This document shows positions 36,888 through 50,437 of a stretch of 64,000 nt of DNA, in pieces. The notes beneath the pieces are model-generated. The model made no database searches and was not told the DNA's origin. It saw only the letters and a program-made list of their open reading frames with translations. Origin of the DNA: Tubiluchus corallicola (lineage: Eukaryota > Animalia > Priapulida); the NCBI GenBank assembly GCA_030141605.1, contig JAQGDQ010000726.1:17422-81421 (forward strand), written 5' to 3'. The stretch's first letter is position 1; each line of letters opens with the position of its first letter. Position numbers and translations under genes: made by a program.

Positions 36888-37769
36888 TTAAACACAGCTA
36901 CGTTGATTAACTGTATTGAAAGTAAGAGCTTCCCCACTATTTTGCCCCTGCTGTCCACCAGGCCACGCAAATCGAAAAGCAAGGATGAGAACAGGTCGTA
37001 CAACTAGATTGCCTTCGCGCATAAGGTGAAACACCGGCAACATATAACTCACCCACGCAATTTCAAAGAAATGTTGTACTATTTCACCAACAAAAATGGG
37101 CGTGACTAAAATAACAAATGCTAGGGAGATGAGTCCGACACCGATGTGGTGTTTCGTGGTGGCTTCGTAATCGTAGACATTGTTGCTCTTTCTCACCAGT
37201 TTGCAGATGATGAACAGCCACAGTGCAAAAAATGCCAAAAACGGTAACACTAGGCTAACCAAGAAAGGCACCCACATTGATGCACTGGCCCAAGTGTGGT
37301 CCATCATCCATGTGCAATCTGTGTGAGTTTCCGAAGTTTTCACTGTGGTGGCTACAAACAACATGAAGGTGAATATGGCAGCACCACTGATCCACAATGA
37401 AGGTAAAACCAAAACATACCACCAGCGCAATGTGGTTTTTCCAGTAGAAAGTGCAATCAGTTTATCCACAACTAATGTGATGATGGTACAAGCAGATACG
37501 AACCAATGAATTCGAGTGATGTAAATGTCAGCCTTGCAAGTCGACTCGCTGAATTTCCACGTGTTGTTGAAGACATAACTTATATATAGTGACAGAAGAA
37601 CAGCTTTTAACAGGTCGCATACGGCCATGTTTGTCACAATGATTCCTGTGTTGGTGAGAGTTTTCTTCTTCAAGACCCAAACTAAGTGAACAATGATGAC
37701 ACCAAGGTTCAAACAAATGGAAACAACTGCTATAATGGTTAAAATGGAGGCATAAGTAACACTCTCCAT
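36888..37769 (-). CDS. Intronless class-A GPCR, copy 2 (293 aa)
   Basis: Same motifs as copy 1; ends ...GEALTFNTVNQRSCV*. Confidence 0.92.
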   Translation of the reverse strand: MESVTYASILTIIAVVSICLNLGVIIVHLVWVLKKKTLTNTGIIVTNMAVCDLLKAVLLSLYISYVFNNTWKFSESTCKADIYITRIHWFVSACTIITLVVDKLIALSTGKTTLRWWYVLVLPSLWISGAAIFTFMLFVATTVKTSETHTDCTWMMDHTWASASMWVPFLVSLVLPFLAFFALWLFIICKLVRKSNNVYDYEATTKHHIGVGLISLAFVILVTPIFVGEIVQHFFEIAWVSYMLPVFHLMREGNLVVRPVLILAFRFAWPGGQQGQNSGEALTFNTVNQRSCV

Positions 37770-37807
37770 CTTGTATTGAATTACTAGTATTACTGAATTA
37801 CTAATAC

Positions 37808-39620
37808 TAGAGCAATCTTGTACCTGAAGCACAATTTACAGGTTCTGTAGAGCAATCTTGTACCTGAAGCACAATTTACAAGTTCTGTAGAGTAATCATG
37901 TACCTGATGCACAATTTACCAGTTCTGTAGAGTAATCACGTAACTGAAGCACAATTTACAAGTTCTGTAGAGCAATCGTGTACCTGAAGCACAATTTACA
38001 AGTTCTGTAGAGTAATCATGTACCTGATGCACAAATTACCAGTTCTGTAGAGTAATCACGTAACTGAAGCACAATTTACAAGTTCTGTAGAGCAATCGTG
38101 TACCTGAAGCACAATTTACAAGTTCTGTAGAGCAATCTTGTACCTGAAGCACAATTTACAAGTTCTGTAGAGTAATCGTGTACCTGAAGCACAATTTACA
38201 AGTTCTGTAGAGTAATCACGTACCTGATGCACAATTTACAAGTTCTGTAGAGCAATCATGTACCTGAAGCACAATTTACAAGTTCTGTAGAGTAATCATG
38301 TACCTGATGCACAATTTACCAGTTCTGTAGAGTAATCACGTAACTGAAGCACAATTTACAAGTTCTGTAGAGTAATCGTGTACCTGAAGCACAATTTACA
38401 AGTTCTGTAGAGTAATCACGTAACTGAAGCACAATTTACCAGTTCTGTAGAGTAATCACGTAACTGAAGCACAATTTACAAGTTCTGTAGAGCAATCGTG
38501 TACCTGAAGCACAATTTACAAGTTCTGTAGAGTAATCATGTACCTGATGCACAATTTACCAGTTCTGTAGAGTAATCACGTAACTGAAGCACAATTTACA
38601 AGTTCTGTAGAGCAATCGTGTACCTGAAGCACAATTTACAAGTTCTGTAGAGCAATCTTGTACCTGAAGCACAATTTACAAATTCTGTAGAGTAATCGTG
38701 TACATGAAGCACAATTTACAAGTTCTGTAGAGTAATCACGTACCTGATGCACAATTTAACAGTTCTGTAGAATAATCACGTACCTGAAGCACAATTTACA
38801 AGTTCTGTAGAGTAATCATGTACCTGATGCACAATTTACCAGTTCTGTAGAGTAATCACGTAACTGAAGCACAATTTACAAGTTCTGTAGAGTAATCGTG
38901 TACCTGAAGCACAATTTACAAGTTCTGTAGAGTAATCACGTAACTGAAGCACAATTTACAAGTTCTGTAGAGTAATCGTGTACCTGAAGCACAATTTACA
39001 AGTTCTGTAGAGTAATCATGTACCTGATGCACAATTTACCAGTTCTGTAGAGTAATCACGTAACTGAAGCACAATTTACAAGTTCTGTAGAGCAATCGTG
39101 TACCTGAAGCACAATTTACAAGTTCTGTAGAGCAATCTTGTACCTGAAGCACAATTTACAAGTTCTGTAGAGTAATCGTGTACATGAAGCACAATTTACA
39201 AGTTCTGTAGAGCAATCGTGTACATGAAGCACAATTTACAAGTTCTGTAGAGCAATCGTGTACATGAAGCACAATTTACAAGTTCTGTAGAGTAATCACG
39301 TACATGAAGCACAATTTACAAGTTCTGTAGAGTAATCGTGTATCCGAAACACAATTTGCAAGTTCTGTAGAGTAATCTTGTACATGAAGCACAATTTACA
39401 AGTTCTGTAGAGTAATCTTGTACCTGATGCACAATTTACAAGTTCTGTAAAGTAATCACGTACCTGAGGCACAATTCACAAGTTCTCTAGAGAAACCATG
39501 TACCTGGAGCACAATCTGCAAGTTCTCTAGAGTAGTCATGTACCTGGAGCACAATTTACAAGTTCTGTAGAGTAATCATGTACCTGAAGCACGATCCAAA
39601 AGTACTGATGAGCAATCATC
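37808..39620. repeat. 40-bp minisatellite, about 45 copies
   Basis: Unit TAGAGCAATCTTGTACCTGAAGCACAATTTACAAGTTCTG; about 2.4 units also at 36471-36567. Confidence 0.97.
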
Positions 39621-40265
39621 AATACCAAGTCAATAACAATCTTTAGTTGTTCTTCCACATTCAATGTAAATCATTATGACTCTCTAGAATAGATAACGTC
39701 TTTCATATCACTGCTCAACTGTTCTAGCAGCGGAAAGAAGACAGCTGTTTGCACAACGTCGCTCTTCATTCACTTTAAGAAGCAAAAAATGAGAGCAGTC
39801 TGTGTTTCTCATAGAGAAACTTGATCTGAGTGATTTTAAAAGCCCTGGAACATGTTTACCCTTTACTGGAGAGTGACTGTGACGGGTTGCTGTAAACATA
39901 AGCATCCGTTACATTATGAACTGCAATCCAGATTTCTGGTAGATTTTTATGCGTCTCTGTGAAAGTATTGGTTACACAAATATGACTTAAAGAAGAAGAA
40001 GAAGAATCACTTTATTTCACACACATGGACAGTATTAGTGCAATATCAACAACATCAAGTAGTGCAGACATTGAAAAATTGTTTAATTTTAAATATTTAA
40101 TTTAACTTTAATTTTAAGCATTTAATTCTAAAAACTTAGAATTGATAATACCTCTTTAAAACATAATAAAATGAAAAGTAGTTAAGCTATAAAGGTGCAT
40201 ATGAACTTACTGTTTACCTATTTTGCTACAGGATAACTGTATATAAACGATTTTGAATTATAGGA

Positions 40266-40266
<1 letters not shown>

Positions 40267-40300
<34 letters not shown>

Positions 40301-40329
40301 GTGTATATATGTACATTTAACTTTGCATG

Positions 40330-40396
<67 letters not shown>

Positions 40397-40520
40397 TTGT
40401 TATTATATATATATATTTCTTAATTCATATAATATATATATGTATATATATTTTAACTTTGCATGTTATATATATATATATATATATATATGTATACGTA
40501 TACGAGTAAAATATAATATA
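40267..40520. repeat. (AT)n-rich tract with internal duplication
   Basis: Direct inspection. Confidence 0.9.
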
Positions 40521-41399
40521 TGAGTAAAAATACGTAAAAGTAAAGTATAATTATGTTAAAATTCATTGAGCTATACAACGTATGATATCAAATATTTTGT
40601 TAAAGACTTACTTATAATAATAAATGATTTTACTTGCCAGTGTTTGTATCAAAGTTTATAAGTGTAAAGTTTCTATTACTTGCTTGTACACAAATTTGTG
40701 CAGGCTAGAAACTTGCCAAGCATGTAAGCATTGCGTGGGAAGAGATATAACGTTTCCTCACACACAAGAAGTTCGTGAGTTACGTGGATTAGGATTACGG
40801 TTAATGTGTTTAAATTGCCTGGGGAATTGTAAACTTCTTCCAAAAATTCATTCTCGTCTAAATAATAACACCAATAAAAAGTCGTTTTCTGGGTGACTAA
40901 TACTATACCCCATTTTTGAGTCACAATGAATGTTTCTCCCCTCTAGTGACAACATATTCAAAACTAAAAGTCGGTTAGGGTGAGAAAATATAGAACAAAC
41001 AAAGTGAGAAGCTCAAACTGGTCCGTTCCACAGTTAAACAACATCAAATTCTTAAGATTGATTACCACTTACCTTGTAGGCGTCACTAATGGCAGTTCTG
41101 CACTCAATAAGGTGGCGGTTAGAACAGCTAACTATTTTCACTTCTGCCCACCAGCTTCCAAATAAGTGGCCCACAATATAAATTGGCAAGTAAAATATTC
41201 AGCCACCTTCAACTAATTCCGCCAGGACTACTCATAGATGTAACTAACACTAAAGTGCTATTATGTGACATCATCCATTTTGCTAGTAAAACCATAGCAA
41301 CACGTTTGTAATAGTACTATGGCAACCGTCGTCATGACACAAGTAGGAGAATATCCATTGATGATCGTTGTGATGTGGTGAAGAAGAATCATTGTAGGA

Positions 41400-41675
41400 A
41401 ACAAATACAAGTAAGAAGATTTCGTACATTAGATCGGGCAAAAACTAAAATTATCAACATCTCTTCTTCTTAGAGCACTAGGGGAAACTTTTGAAACGAC
41501 AAAAAACCCTAGAGGAGGTCAGCTACTGACGTATATACGGCAAAAAGATGAGTGAGGAGGCATCGTGAGCAGTGGCGGTAGACAGGAACACGTGGCGTCA
41601 ATAGTTGGGGCAGACCATGTTTTTCTAAAATGTAGCAGGACCTAGATAACGACGAATAGGAATATCTGAGTAGCT
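41400..41675 (+). mobile_element. Possible decayed RTE-type LINE 3' end
   Basis: LGETFETTKNPRGGQLLTYIRQ and AVAVDRNTWRQ resemble the RTE C-terminal RPRGRP...DRxxWR region. Confidence 0.4.
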
Positions 41676-41843
41676 TAGTGACATGAAGTTACAAAGATGA
41701 ACAGCCAGGGACAAAAGAAAACCAATAAGATTATGGTAAAATAAAGATAACTTAGGCTTACAATATACTGGCAAAACTAAGGCTGCTGCAACACGTACGT
41801 TGTTAGTGCTGTTTTCCGAAATTACAGCAAAACTAGCCATTAA

Positions 41844-42300
41844 CCCTTTCATTCCCTTTGTATCCCGTGGGATACGAGAATATTTTCTGCCTTTAAAATC
41901 AATAAAATTTTAAAACTGACAGTTATTTGATCTGTCAATACTTATTTTGATTTAAGCCAATAACAATAGACTAAAAATGGTTATAAAATGGCAAACTAGA
42001 AAATCTGCATAGCATAAACGCTGTGCAAGGTACAGTACTTTAGAGAGGACTTTGTACAGATCAGCATAGCATGCATGCTAAATGTCTTAAATACTTTACA
42101 AAATTATCAGCAGTTGCTAAATGAAGCACATTTTATGCTTCCATTGAATCTCAATGTATCCCGTGCGAACAGGCTATATTTAGCACGCGGGCACAGGTAG
42201 AAAAAAATAATTATTATGTGTAAACAAGATGGACATACTTAACAAAACTACCAAGCTAAAAAAATGTTCTTATTAAAAACATAATTTGGGACTGAAAGGG
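41844..42300. mobile_element. piggyBac-type MITE
   Basis: TTAA on both sides; TIR CCCTTTCATTCCC / GGGACTGAAAGGG (12/13 match). Confidence 0.88.
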
Positions 42301-42792
42301 TTAAACAGAGAGGCTTTTCAATACCAAATTTCATTTGTCAGAAATCACATTGGCTATAAGAGCATCTAGCACTTTAATTTCTATGCGTTAAAGCAGATGC
42401 TGTTGCACGCCTCGGATAGCGAAAAAAGTTTTTGTAAAAGTGTACACTGTCAGGGCTGCTGTAGATAGTTTGACGTCATAGGCAAAAGTATTTTAGTGCC
42501 GTCAACGGTCAATCGTTCTTCAATAATTCCATTCACCTGCATATAAAATTGAATTTTTGTTACGCGAAGTACTATGTATACTTTTAAGTATACAAATGTA
42601 TAACGTATATTTATGTTTAGTATACATTATACGCATATTAATGTATAAATTTTACTGAAATGTTAAACATGTGCTTAGTGTAATATCGTGCTTGTTATAA
42701 TATAATACCTATAACAAGCTTTAAATTTTTTTAAAAAAATTCCATCATATCAGCGTATAGATATTATAGGTACATTTAATACAACTCATTTA

Positions 42793-43198
42793 TAGGGGTG
42801 AGCATTCTCTACCAGAAAGCGAATTCGAATCGAACCGAATTTGTGACTTTCGAATTCGAATCGAACCGAACGTCAGTGTTTCGAATTCTAACCGAATTCG
42901 AATTGAGATTGAACGATTTTCGAACAAGTTTTCGAACCACCAGTAAAAATTAGTCTTACAAAGATCATGTGTATCACTAGATTTTGTTCTGCAATAAAAT
43001 GACTAGTAATTTGTTTAAAATTGTGCACAGAAATCACAGCTAAATTATGTTAATAGCATGATGTTTCAATCATTTTAATGATCAGGAACATGTGTGATTG
43101 ATGTGCTGAATTATTCGAATCTATAGTTTTGGATTCGAATCGAGTTCGAACTAAAAAACTCGTTCGAATCGAATTCGAACGTTCGAAGCTCACCCCTA
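42793..43198 (+). mobile_element. hAT-type MITE
   Basis: TIR TAGGGGTGAGC / GCTCACCCCTA; perfect 8-bp TSD CTCATTTA; subterminal TCGAA repeats. Confidence 0.93.
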
Positions 43199-45752
43199 CT
43201 CATTTATATGTCACTCTACTATTCTATAAATTAATAAAATGATATTTTGTAGGAATTCTGATCACAATTACATGTTTCATATGCAGTCTGCATATGAGCG
43301 AGTATATTTCGTTGTTAGTCATAAATTTTTTAACTGTCATTTTTCTTCTTTATCTATGAACTCATTCAGGACCAGAAGTACATTATTTCATTCAGAGTAC
43401 ATTATTTCACAAGCTGACCGCTAGTTGGCAGGCCGTCACTTTGTTTACATCATGTACATCAGTGTAACCACGTGTAGATCTCTACGTATAAAAATATAGA
43501 ATCAATTGTTCAGAGTTGTTTGAGTCAATTGCAGACAGTTTCTATATACTTTTGCATAGAGCGGCCAGTACTTTGAGAAAATTAGGTATCATGTATCCTT
43601 GATAGTTGGGTATTTTAAATTATGCATGAAACAAGGTAACTGATATTTTAAGTCCACTTAGAGGCTCTCTATGGTCACAAAATTGCAATTTGAACATAAG
43701 TGTTTTCTGCACTTGGCATGTAACAGTATGAAGAAATTCTAAATCTAAGTGCAATTAGACACACTTTATCATTAACATTTCTATCATTTTTCCTAGGTTT
43801 ATAAACAAGAGCACGTTTTCAGTGCACAAGGTAAGATTTAGGTAACTTAGGTAAGTAACACTTTAACAACTTAATAAGTAGCTATGCAAACAATGTTAAC
43901 AATAACAACAACAAGTGGTTATTCAAATGATGTTAACAACAAATGATGTTATACAATAATAACAAACACAGCAATACTAAACAATTCAAAATGTATTTAC
44001 AAGATTTCTTCTTGTTCAGAAGAAGGGTTTCTCCCACTTGTTCAAGGAGGGAGGCGAAGATTCGATGACAACACTTTCTTATTAATTTAATGCAGCATTT
44101 ACTCATCTTCATGTGTCAACTGTTCTCCAGCTATTGACATGTGAAAAACAACTCATCATAGTGCTATAGTGCTGTGAGTTTATTTTCAGGTTCTGGATCA
44201 GTATCTTCACCTCCAGCTGCTGTCCATGCAATGGATCTTTGCCTGGAACCATCTTCGGAATTGCTCCAGTTGCAGCTGTTGGGATGGCTCCATGTGCTGG
44301 GGTAGCTGGAATATGTAGTTGCTGCTCATAGTCCGGTTTCCCGTTGTTAGCCCTCAGAACTATGGTCCATATTTGTCACTCCTGGCTCTGATGAGTCCTT
44401 GCTTGGCTGCATTGGCTGGAATAGTTGTCCAGTCCCTAAGTCATGACCTTTGAGGTCGCCCTCCCACGGCGGCATGTAAAGAATAGTCTTGTCACTTGTG
44501 GTTGTAGTGGTGGCCATGCCGAAACAAGGTTAACAATCGTCTGGATTCCAAATTAGCAGTACCAATACTGTCCATATATTTAGCATTCAGTGTGAACAAG
44601 AACAGAGTAATTGTGTCACTTGGTTTGCAGCCTTGTACTAAGCAAACTGATTTCTTTTCCAAGCAGAGCAACTGTATCACCTGGTTTGTAGCTTTGTAGA
44701 TACAAAACAGTTTTTTTCCAAATAAAGTCCTAGCACAATTTCCTTCGTTCCATAAACTTGTATAAAATGCAGAATTTTCTACTCGCATTTAGTCACATTT
44801 TTTTCAAATTAATTGTATTATAACTGCACGTGTGTTGCAAGATAAATAAAAAAGATTACGCTTATGATTCATACTGATCTTGGAAGTTTACTTTGTTGAG
44901 TTCGAATGATTTCACTTATAAATGCAGTTAAGCCACGTCGAGGTGAGACCGGGATTTAACTGCTATTGAGAAAATAAAATTGAATTGAATTGGGGATGGT
45001 TGTAGCATTTCGTTTTTCGTACTTTTTCTCTTGTAAATACGTAAACGCTTAGTGACTGTGTTACGGACAAGAGCCAAAATACACAAAGCCTGTCGTGAAG
45101 CTTCACGATTCACCGGCCGTAAAGAAGCCAATGTGAATTAATTTACGTATAGCTGTAGGAACTGGTTTGAGGAGTTAACCTAGTTAAACACGATAGTTGT
45201 TGAGTTGAGATGGAACAGAAAAAATGTATATTGCGCCTTCGAAAAAAGAATAAATTCAGCGTTATGGTAGAAGGAAAAGCTTTCGTTTTTGTTTTACTGT
45301 CGTCGCAAAAGTCACCACGATGAAGCCCTCTACATGTACTTATTAACAATGTAAGAGATTACGAAGCTGTAGAGACATCAACAAAAGATGTAACTAAAAA
45401 CGCCTCACTCGGGGTATCATAACTGCCACTGTTTCATTTTGCCCTAGGTTTTCTGACAAGAGTTTTTCCGATGGTCCAGCAGAACGTTCATTTATAGAAA
45501 CTGTGAAAGTTATTTGTGAAGTTGTAATTGAACACTTTGTAGAAAACAACTAAACACTAGATTGCATGTTTGCACAAAAACTGAAACACTTTTCTTACAA
45601 TAAATACACAGTAAAATGCACAAGTAAAATGAAGATCACAACTGCTGCACAGCACTGAGTGTGTGACAGAGAGACAGTGTGTCCCATGAGTTGCACGACT
45701 GCACTGCCTGAGAGCCTGAGACAGAGAGTGACTAGCAGTGAAATCTAGCCAG

Positions 45753-45760
45753 TTTATATA
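45753..45760 (-). promoter_or_regulatory. Candidate TATA box of an unidentified minus-strand transcript
   Basis: CCTATATAAA followed ~25-30 nt downstream by Inr-like TCACT sequences. Confidence 0.3.
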
Positions 45761-46751
45761 GGTAGAGAACTATGCAAAAACTTGGCTTCACATATCCCAT
45801 TACAGTGAAAATAGGGGAGATCCTGTGAGTTTGAATATTCACTGGACCGAACAGTTGTGATAAGGGGTGAATTGAACTAGTAAATGTTAAAGTGACTACT
45901 CAATAGATGGCAGCACCTAAAATATACAGTTACAACTTTCGCAGAAACAAACCAATATACAAGTACTACGTGCCAGCTGTTGCTGAACAATGAAATTTCA
46001 TATTTTTCTGAAAAAATATTGACAAAGTTTTTAACAGCAAAATTATTCAATATAATTACGCAGGCAGGCACTGAAAATTTAGTTTCGTCTCACCATTTAA
46101 TTTAAACTAAAATTCTTTCAGCATATAAGTGCCAGATCGGTACGGAAAATAAACAATATTTATCTCAAATGCAGTGAGCGATAATTAAAGAAATATGAAT
46201 GAATTAATTTAGAAAAAAAATTGTTGGCTTTGTTAGAAAAATTAACAATAAGACCTCCAAAGTTTATGTTGTCATAAATGCTACGTGCTTTAATTACAGC
46301 TTTACGTGAAACACAGAACTTGCACATACTTGTTACAGTAAAAAATAACAAAATATTTAATAAACATAGGTTAATGTTTCTTAATAATAAACTAGATACT
46401 GAAAATAAAATATGTTAGACAGGTATACAATTACAGCATTTAGGACAACGATTTACACACAATTTTTTCCAACCCTTATAATATTAAAACTACAAGAAAT
46501 TATGGCAAGACTGGAAACCAAGACAGAGCAAATGAAAGATGAAGTCAAGCTTTAGTAAACCTTGGTAGGTTGCAATTTCTGCTGCACATTTGGAGAACAG
46601 TCTTAGGAGAGTCATTTTAAATTTATGACCCAATTCAGTCATTTTTTGTTTCTCACTTGAAGTATTTTTGATTTGAATAACTGCCTTCAAACTATTATAA
46701 CTAAAAAGCAATTAATAGTAATTTATAATTCTTTCTTCTCAATTAACTAAT

Positions 46752-46915
<164 letters not shown>

Positions 46916-47503
46916 ACAATTTTTCATAGTGACTTTCTTTTCAATTAAAGCTGACTATATATAATATATATACATGAAATTGTATATACGTATACTTTTC
47001 TACAAAGTTAATTATGATAATTTGCATGATAAACTGTCATGACCGAGATACATTTTCCGTAGTTTATTTTAGTAAATTTTGGCTTTTGCAGTTCATCAGG
47101 CGACATTATTACGGTTTTTAAGTCTTATTGTGATCTTTGGCTATTTCACTGTAGATAAAATAATTAAGCTGATCCTGAATGTTCATTATCTTTATTAGGG
47201 GTTGTGCGTTACAACATGCAGACCAACATGGATTGGCTCTGAATATAATGGGCCCACTAATGACATGTAGTTATTACAATCCCAATTTAATATTTCATGG
47301 AAAAAAGGGAGGGGGGGTTTATTTTGCATGCAGCATCTCTGTTTTGCCATTTGCTGCTGTTGCTATTTCTGACGTTGAGGACATTTTATGATTGTTCAGA
47401 TTACTGCACATTTTCAGATCATAACTGAGCAGAGCTGCTGCAAGGCAGAGCATAGAGTTTCATGAAGCCATCGTTATGTTAACGACTGTTATTGTCAGTT
47501 AAA

Positions 47504-47700
47504 TTGTTGTTGTTGTTGTGGTAGTGGTTGTTTTAGAAGTAGTTGCTGTTGTTGTTGTTGTTGTTGTTATGGTAATGGTTGCTGTAGTTGTTGTTGATGC
47601 TGCAGTTGTTTTTGTTGTTGCTGTCGCCGTTTTTGTTGTGGTGGTAGTTGTTGTGGCTGTGTTGCTGTTGTTGTGGTGATTGTTGTTGCTGTTCTAGTGG
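47504..47700. repeat. (GTT)-rich low-complexity tract
   Basis: Direct inspection. Confidence 0.85.
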
Positions 47701-48148
47701 TGAATTTTATCACCATCAATGCTTTCATGATCTACTTTTTTCTTGTTGCAGTTGCTGTCATAGTCAACATTGCCATCGCCGTGATCATGTTACTTTTACT
47801 GTACTTGTAACTATTGCTGCCGTAACTGTGGCTGAAATAAGATCTAACAAGAAAGAAATGCAGTACAAATAGCGTAATTATAACATTTTGACAAACAATC
47901 TGTGAAGAGTATTGATACGCATCGGTAAAAATACTGACTAAGCAAGTTTTAAAATTTTCATCGCATCATAAATTGGTAATGGTCATAGAAATTTAAATTC
48001 AGTGATTAAATCATATTTCACAAAAATAATTTGAAATTTCACTTCCGGCTTTTGTAATATCGTTAATAAAAAACAACGATCTTTTGAAATATTGTACTAC
48101 ATTTAGCCAAACTGCTGCAAAAACTATGAAAACTGATTTTTTACATAT

Positions 48149-48477
48149 TGTAACGGATCCGGGTTCCAGAGCTGATCCGTCTCCTCAGAATGTATAGAGC
48201 GGCATACAAGTTATGAAATACTTTACAGCAGACGAGAAAAGTAAAAAGATACGAAATGTAAAATAAACTTTAATGCACAACCAGTAGCTCCATGACATGT
48301 CAACAAACTTTGGCATAAAAATTACCAAACCTACAGCATTCACCTTTACAGACAGAAAGGCCAGGTTGGAATAGTCAAATTATGGCATAGATTCTGTTTT
48401 ATACATTTGCATTACTGGGCTTCTCGACCATACCCATTACTAACATTAGGGGTTGGTCAAAACCCGCCTTCGTAACA
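48149..48477. mobile_element. Solo LTR (Gypsy-like)
   Basis: Starts TGTAACG and ends CGTAACA; 4-bp TSD ATAT on both sides; 329 bp. Confidence 0.75.
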
Positions 48478-48994
48478 ATATTATTACTTTATTACCATTT
48501 GGTGATCATCAACTAAAGACAATTGCACCCAAGCACATCAGCAACAAAAAAAAAACACTCAGCAAGACAAAGAGATTTTCTATCAGGCCACGTAGTATTG
48601 ATAAATAATAAGATTTTAGATTTATGTAGTTTACCTGAAATGTACCAAAACAATTTTACGTAACGAGTACATTGGTAGGCAATACTACATAATCTAGATT
48701 TGGATTTTGATACATTTGTACACTTGTTTTCCGACACTTTGTAGTACTATAATGTAGCTGTAAAAAATAACACATGCACATTGTTTTCTTAGCTGCAATG
48801 AAACAATGTGATGATAATCACATCGAATTAAAAAACTTCAAACTGTGATATTAAGCGAATAACATATTGATGTTATTCCTTGTTATGCTTTGAATTGCAT
48901 TTCTGCTTTGAGTTGATTTTTGTTGCTTTTGCCTTTTATATATACACAAACACCTAAAAATGTCATGAACCTGTGAGTAAACTTGTATTTTTAA

Positions 48995-49120
48995 TAAGGG
49001 GCAGCTGACCAAGTGACCAATAGATCTTTCGGTGCTCCTTCTCAGCTGCAATGAAATATAAAAATAATTACCACGAATTTTAACTGCTATTGAGAAAATA
49101 AAAAAATGAATTGAATTGAA
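48995..49120 (+). mobile_element. LINE/SINE 3' tail
   Basis: Ends TTTAACTGCTATTGAGAAAATAAAA followed by (TGAAT)n; the same tail occurs at ~44955-44992. Confidence 0.55.
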
Positions 49121-49458
49121 AGCGTCAATGCAAATCATTAATGATATTTAAAGGAAATCTATCTAGTCGTTATAATTCGTTAGTCTCACAGAAAACAATT
49201 TAAACTTCCAGTCTTGTGACTGATCTCGTTTTTGAAAATTTCCACCAGACTAAATAAACATTAATACACAGTTATCAAAATTCATATTCTTGTTTTGTCT
49301 TGTTTACTTAATTTTTGTTTAACAAGCTTTCCAACAAAAGTGAAACGTTTGCATTATTACAATTGTTTTATTATAGTTACGTTTACTTTATAACAAATGC
49401 AATAATAAAATTAGCGAATTTAATTTACTTTCTGATCGAAAGCGGATATCGTGTTTAG

Positions 49459-49546
49459 TATAAAAGGAAGTCGAAGCTCCGAGCTCAGAGGAGTTTTTCG
49501 GGACTAAACGTTTTTGAGCAGGTTCAAGATTCCAGAAGATTTTAAG
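49459..49546 (+). promoter_or_regulatory. TATA box and probable non-coding first exon of protease B
   Basis: TATAAAAG at 49459-49466; AAG|GTAAGA donor at 49547; next acceptor ttacgttag (50329) lies 23 nt before the ATG. Confidence 0.55.
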
Positions 49547-50352
49547 GTAAGAAAATAAATTGATTTAACTTTAGCTGGTTGTGAAAGTCATTTTTGAAGT
49601 TGTTGTTCAGTCACTTTGTTATGATTGAGTTTAGGCACAGAGAAGTCTGAATAGGAACCAAAAATCTATAATAAATATTTGCACTGCACACAACAGAAAA
49701 GTGTTTATTAAACTACAGAAAACATGAGTAGCAAAACTGCTGCACTGAACATTGAGCAAAAACTAGAAAGCAAAAACAGTCAGTAAAACAACAGTAAAAA
49801 CAGTAAAAGTAGTTTGTACTAGAGAGAAAAGAATTATGTAATAAATATGAAAAAGGAAAAGTAATGTAGGTCAGTAAGAACAGGGCAGCGCTAAAAACAG
49901 TTTGGAGAAAGAAGGTCATGGGAGTAGGTTTACATATTATAGTTTTAGTTTTTTGAGAGGTGATTATATTCTCATTTTTGCAGGATTGTAATTATAATCA
50001 TAATATAGTTTGTGTTAATGGAGAGAAATTTTGTACACGTATAGTTATAATATTTTTCAAGGAAGGAGTAAGGAAGACAAAAAATACAAATACAGGTTTT
50101 TGGAGTCATCAGGAGGAACTTGAGAGTCGAGTTTCGGCTGCTTATTGGTTGCACATTGTTAATACGTACACTGACGATGCTTCGAACACATGATGGAAAT
50201 AATTTTTCTTGTCTTTAAAACATTGTTTAGTTAAAAAACACTTGAACATTCATGTATTTGTTAGTTAATTATTTACTCCTGAATGACTTTCCTCTAAAGA
50301 AATTGCATTATTCTTTATTATTACGTTAGGAACTACTGAATCAAGAACCGAG

Positions 50353-50437
50353 ATGAAAGTTTACATCATCTGTGCTCTGCTGCTCAGCGTCCATCTAGCT
50401 GAAAACAAAAATCTTAGGCCCAGGCCAAGAAGAACCC
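50353..50437 (+). CDS. Protease B signal-peptide exon
   Basis: [28 protein letters not shown], gtatgt donor. Confidence 0.85.

Larger units (their letters stand above)
35084..37905. repeat. Tandem duplication (~1.49-kb offset) carrying the GPCR gene
   Basis: AGAGAGCTTGGAATAAATGGTCG starts at both 35084 and 36570; units are near-identical. Confidence 0.95.
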
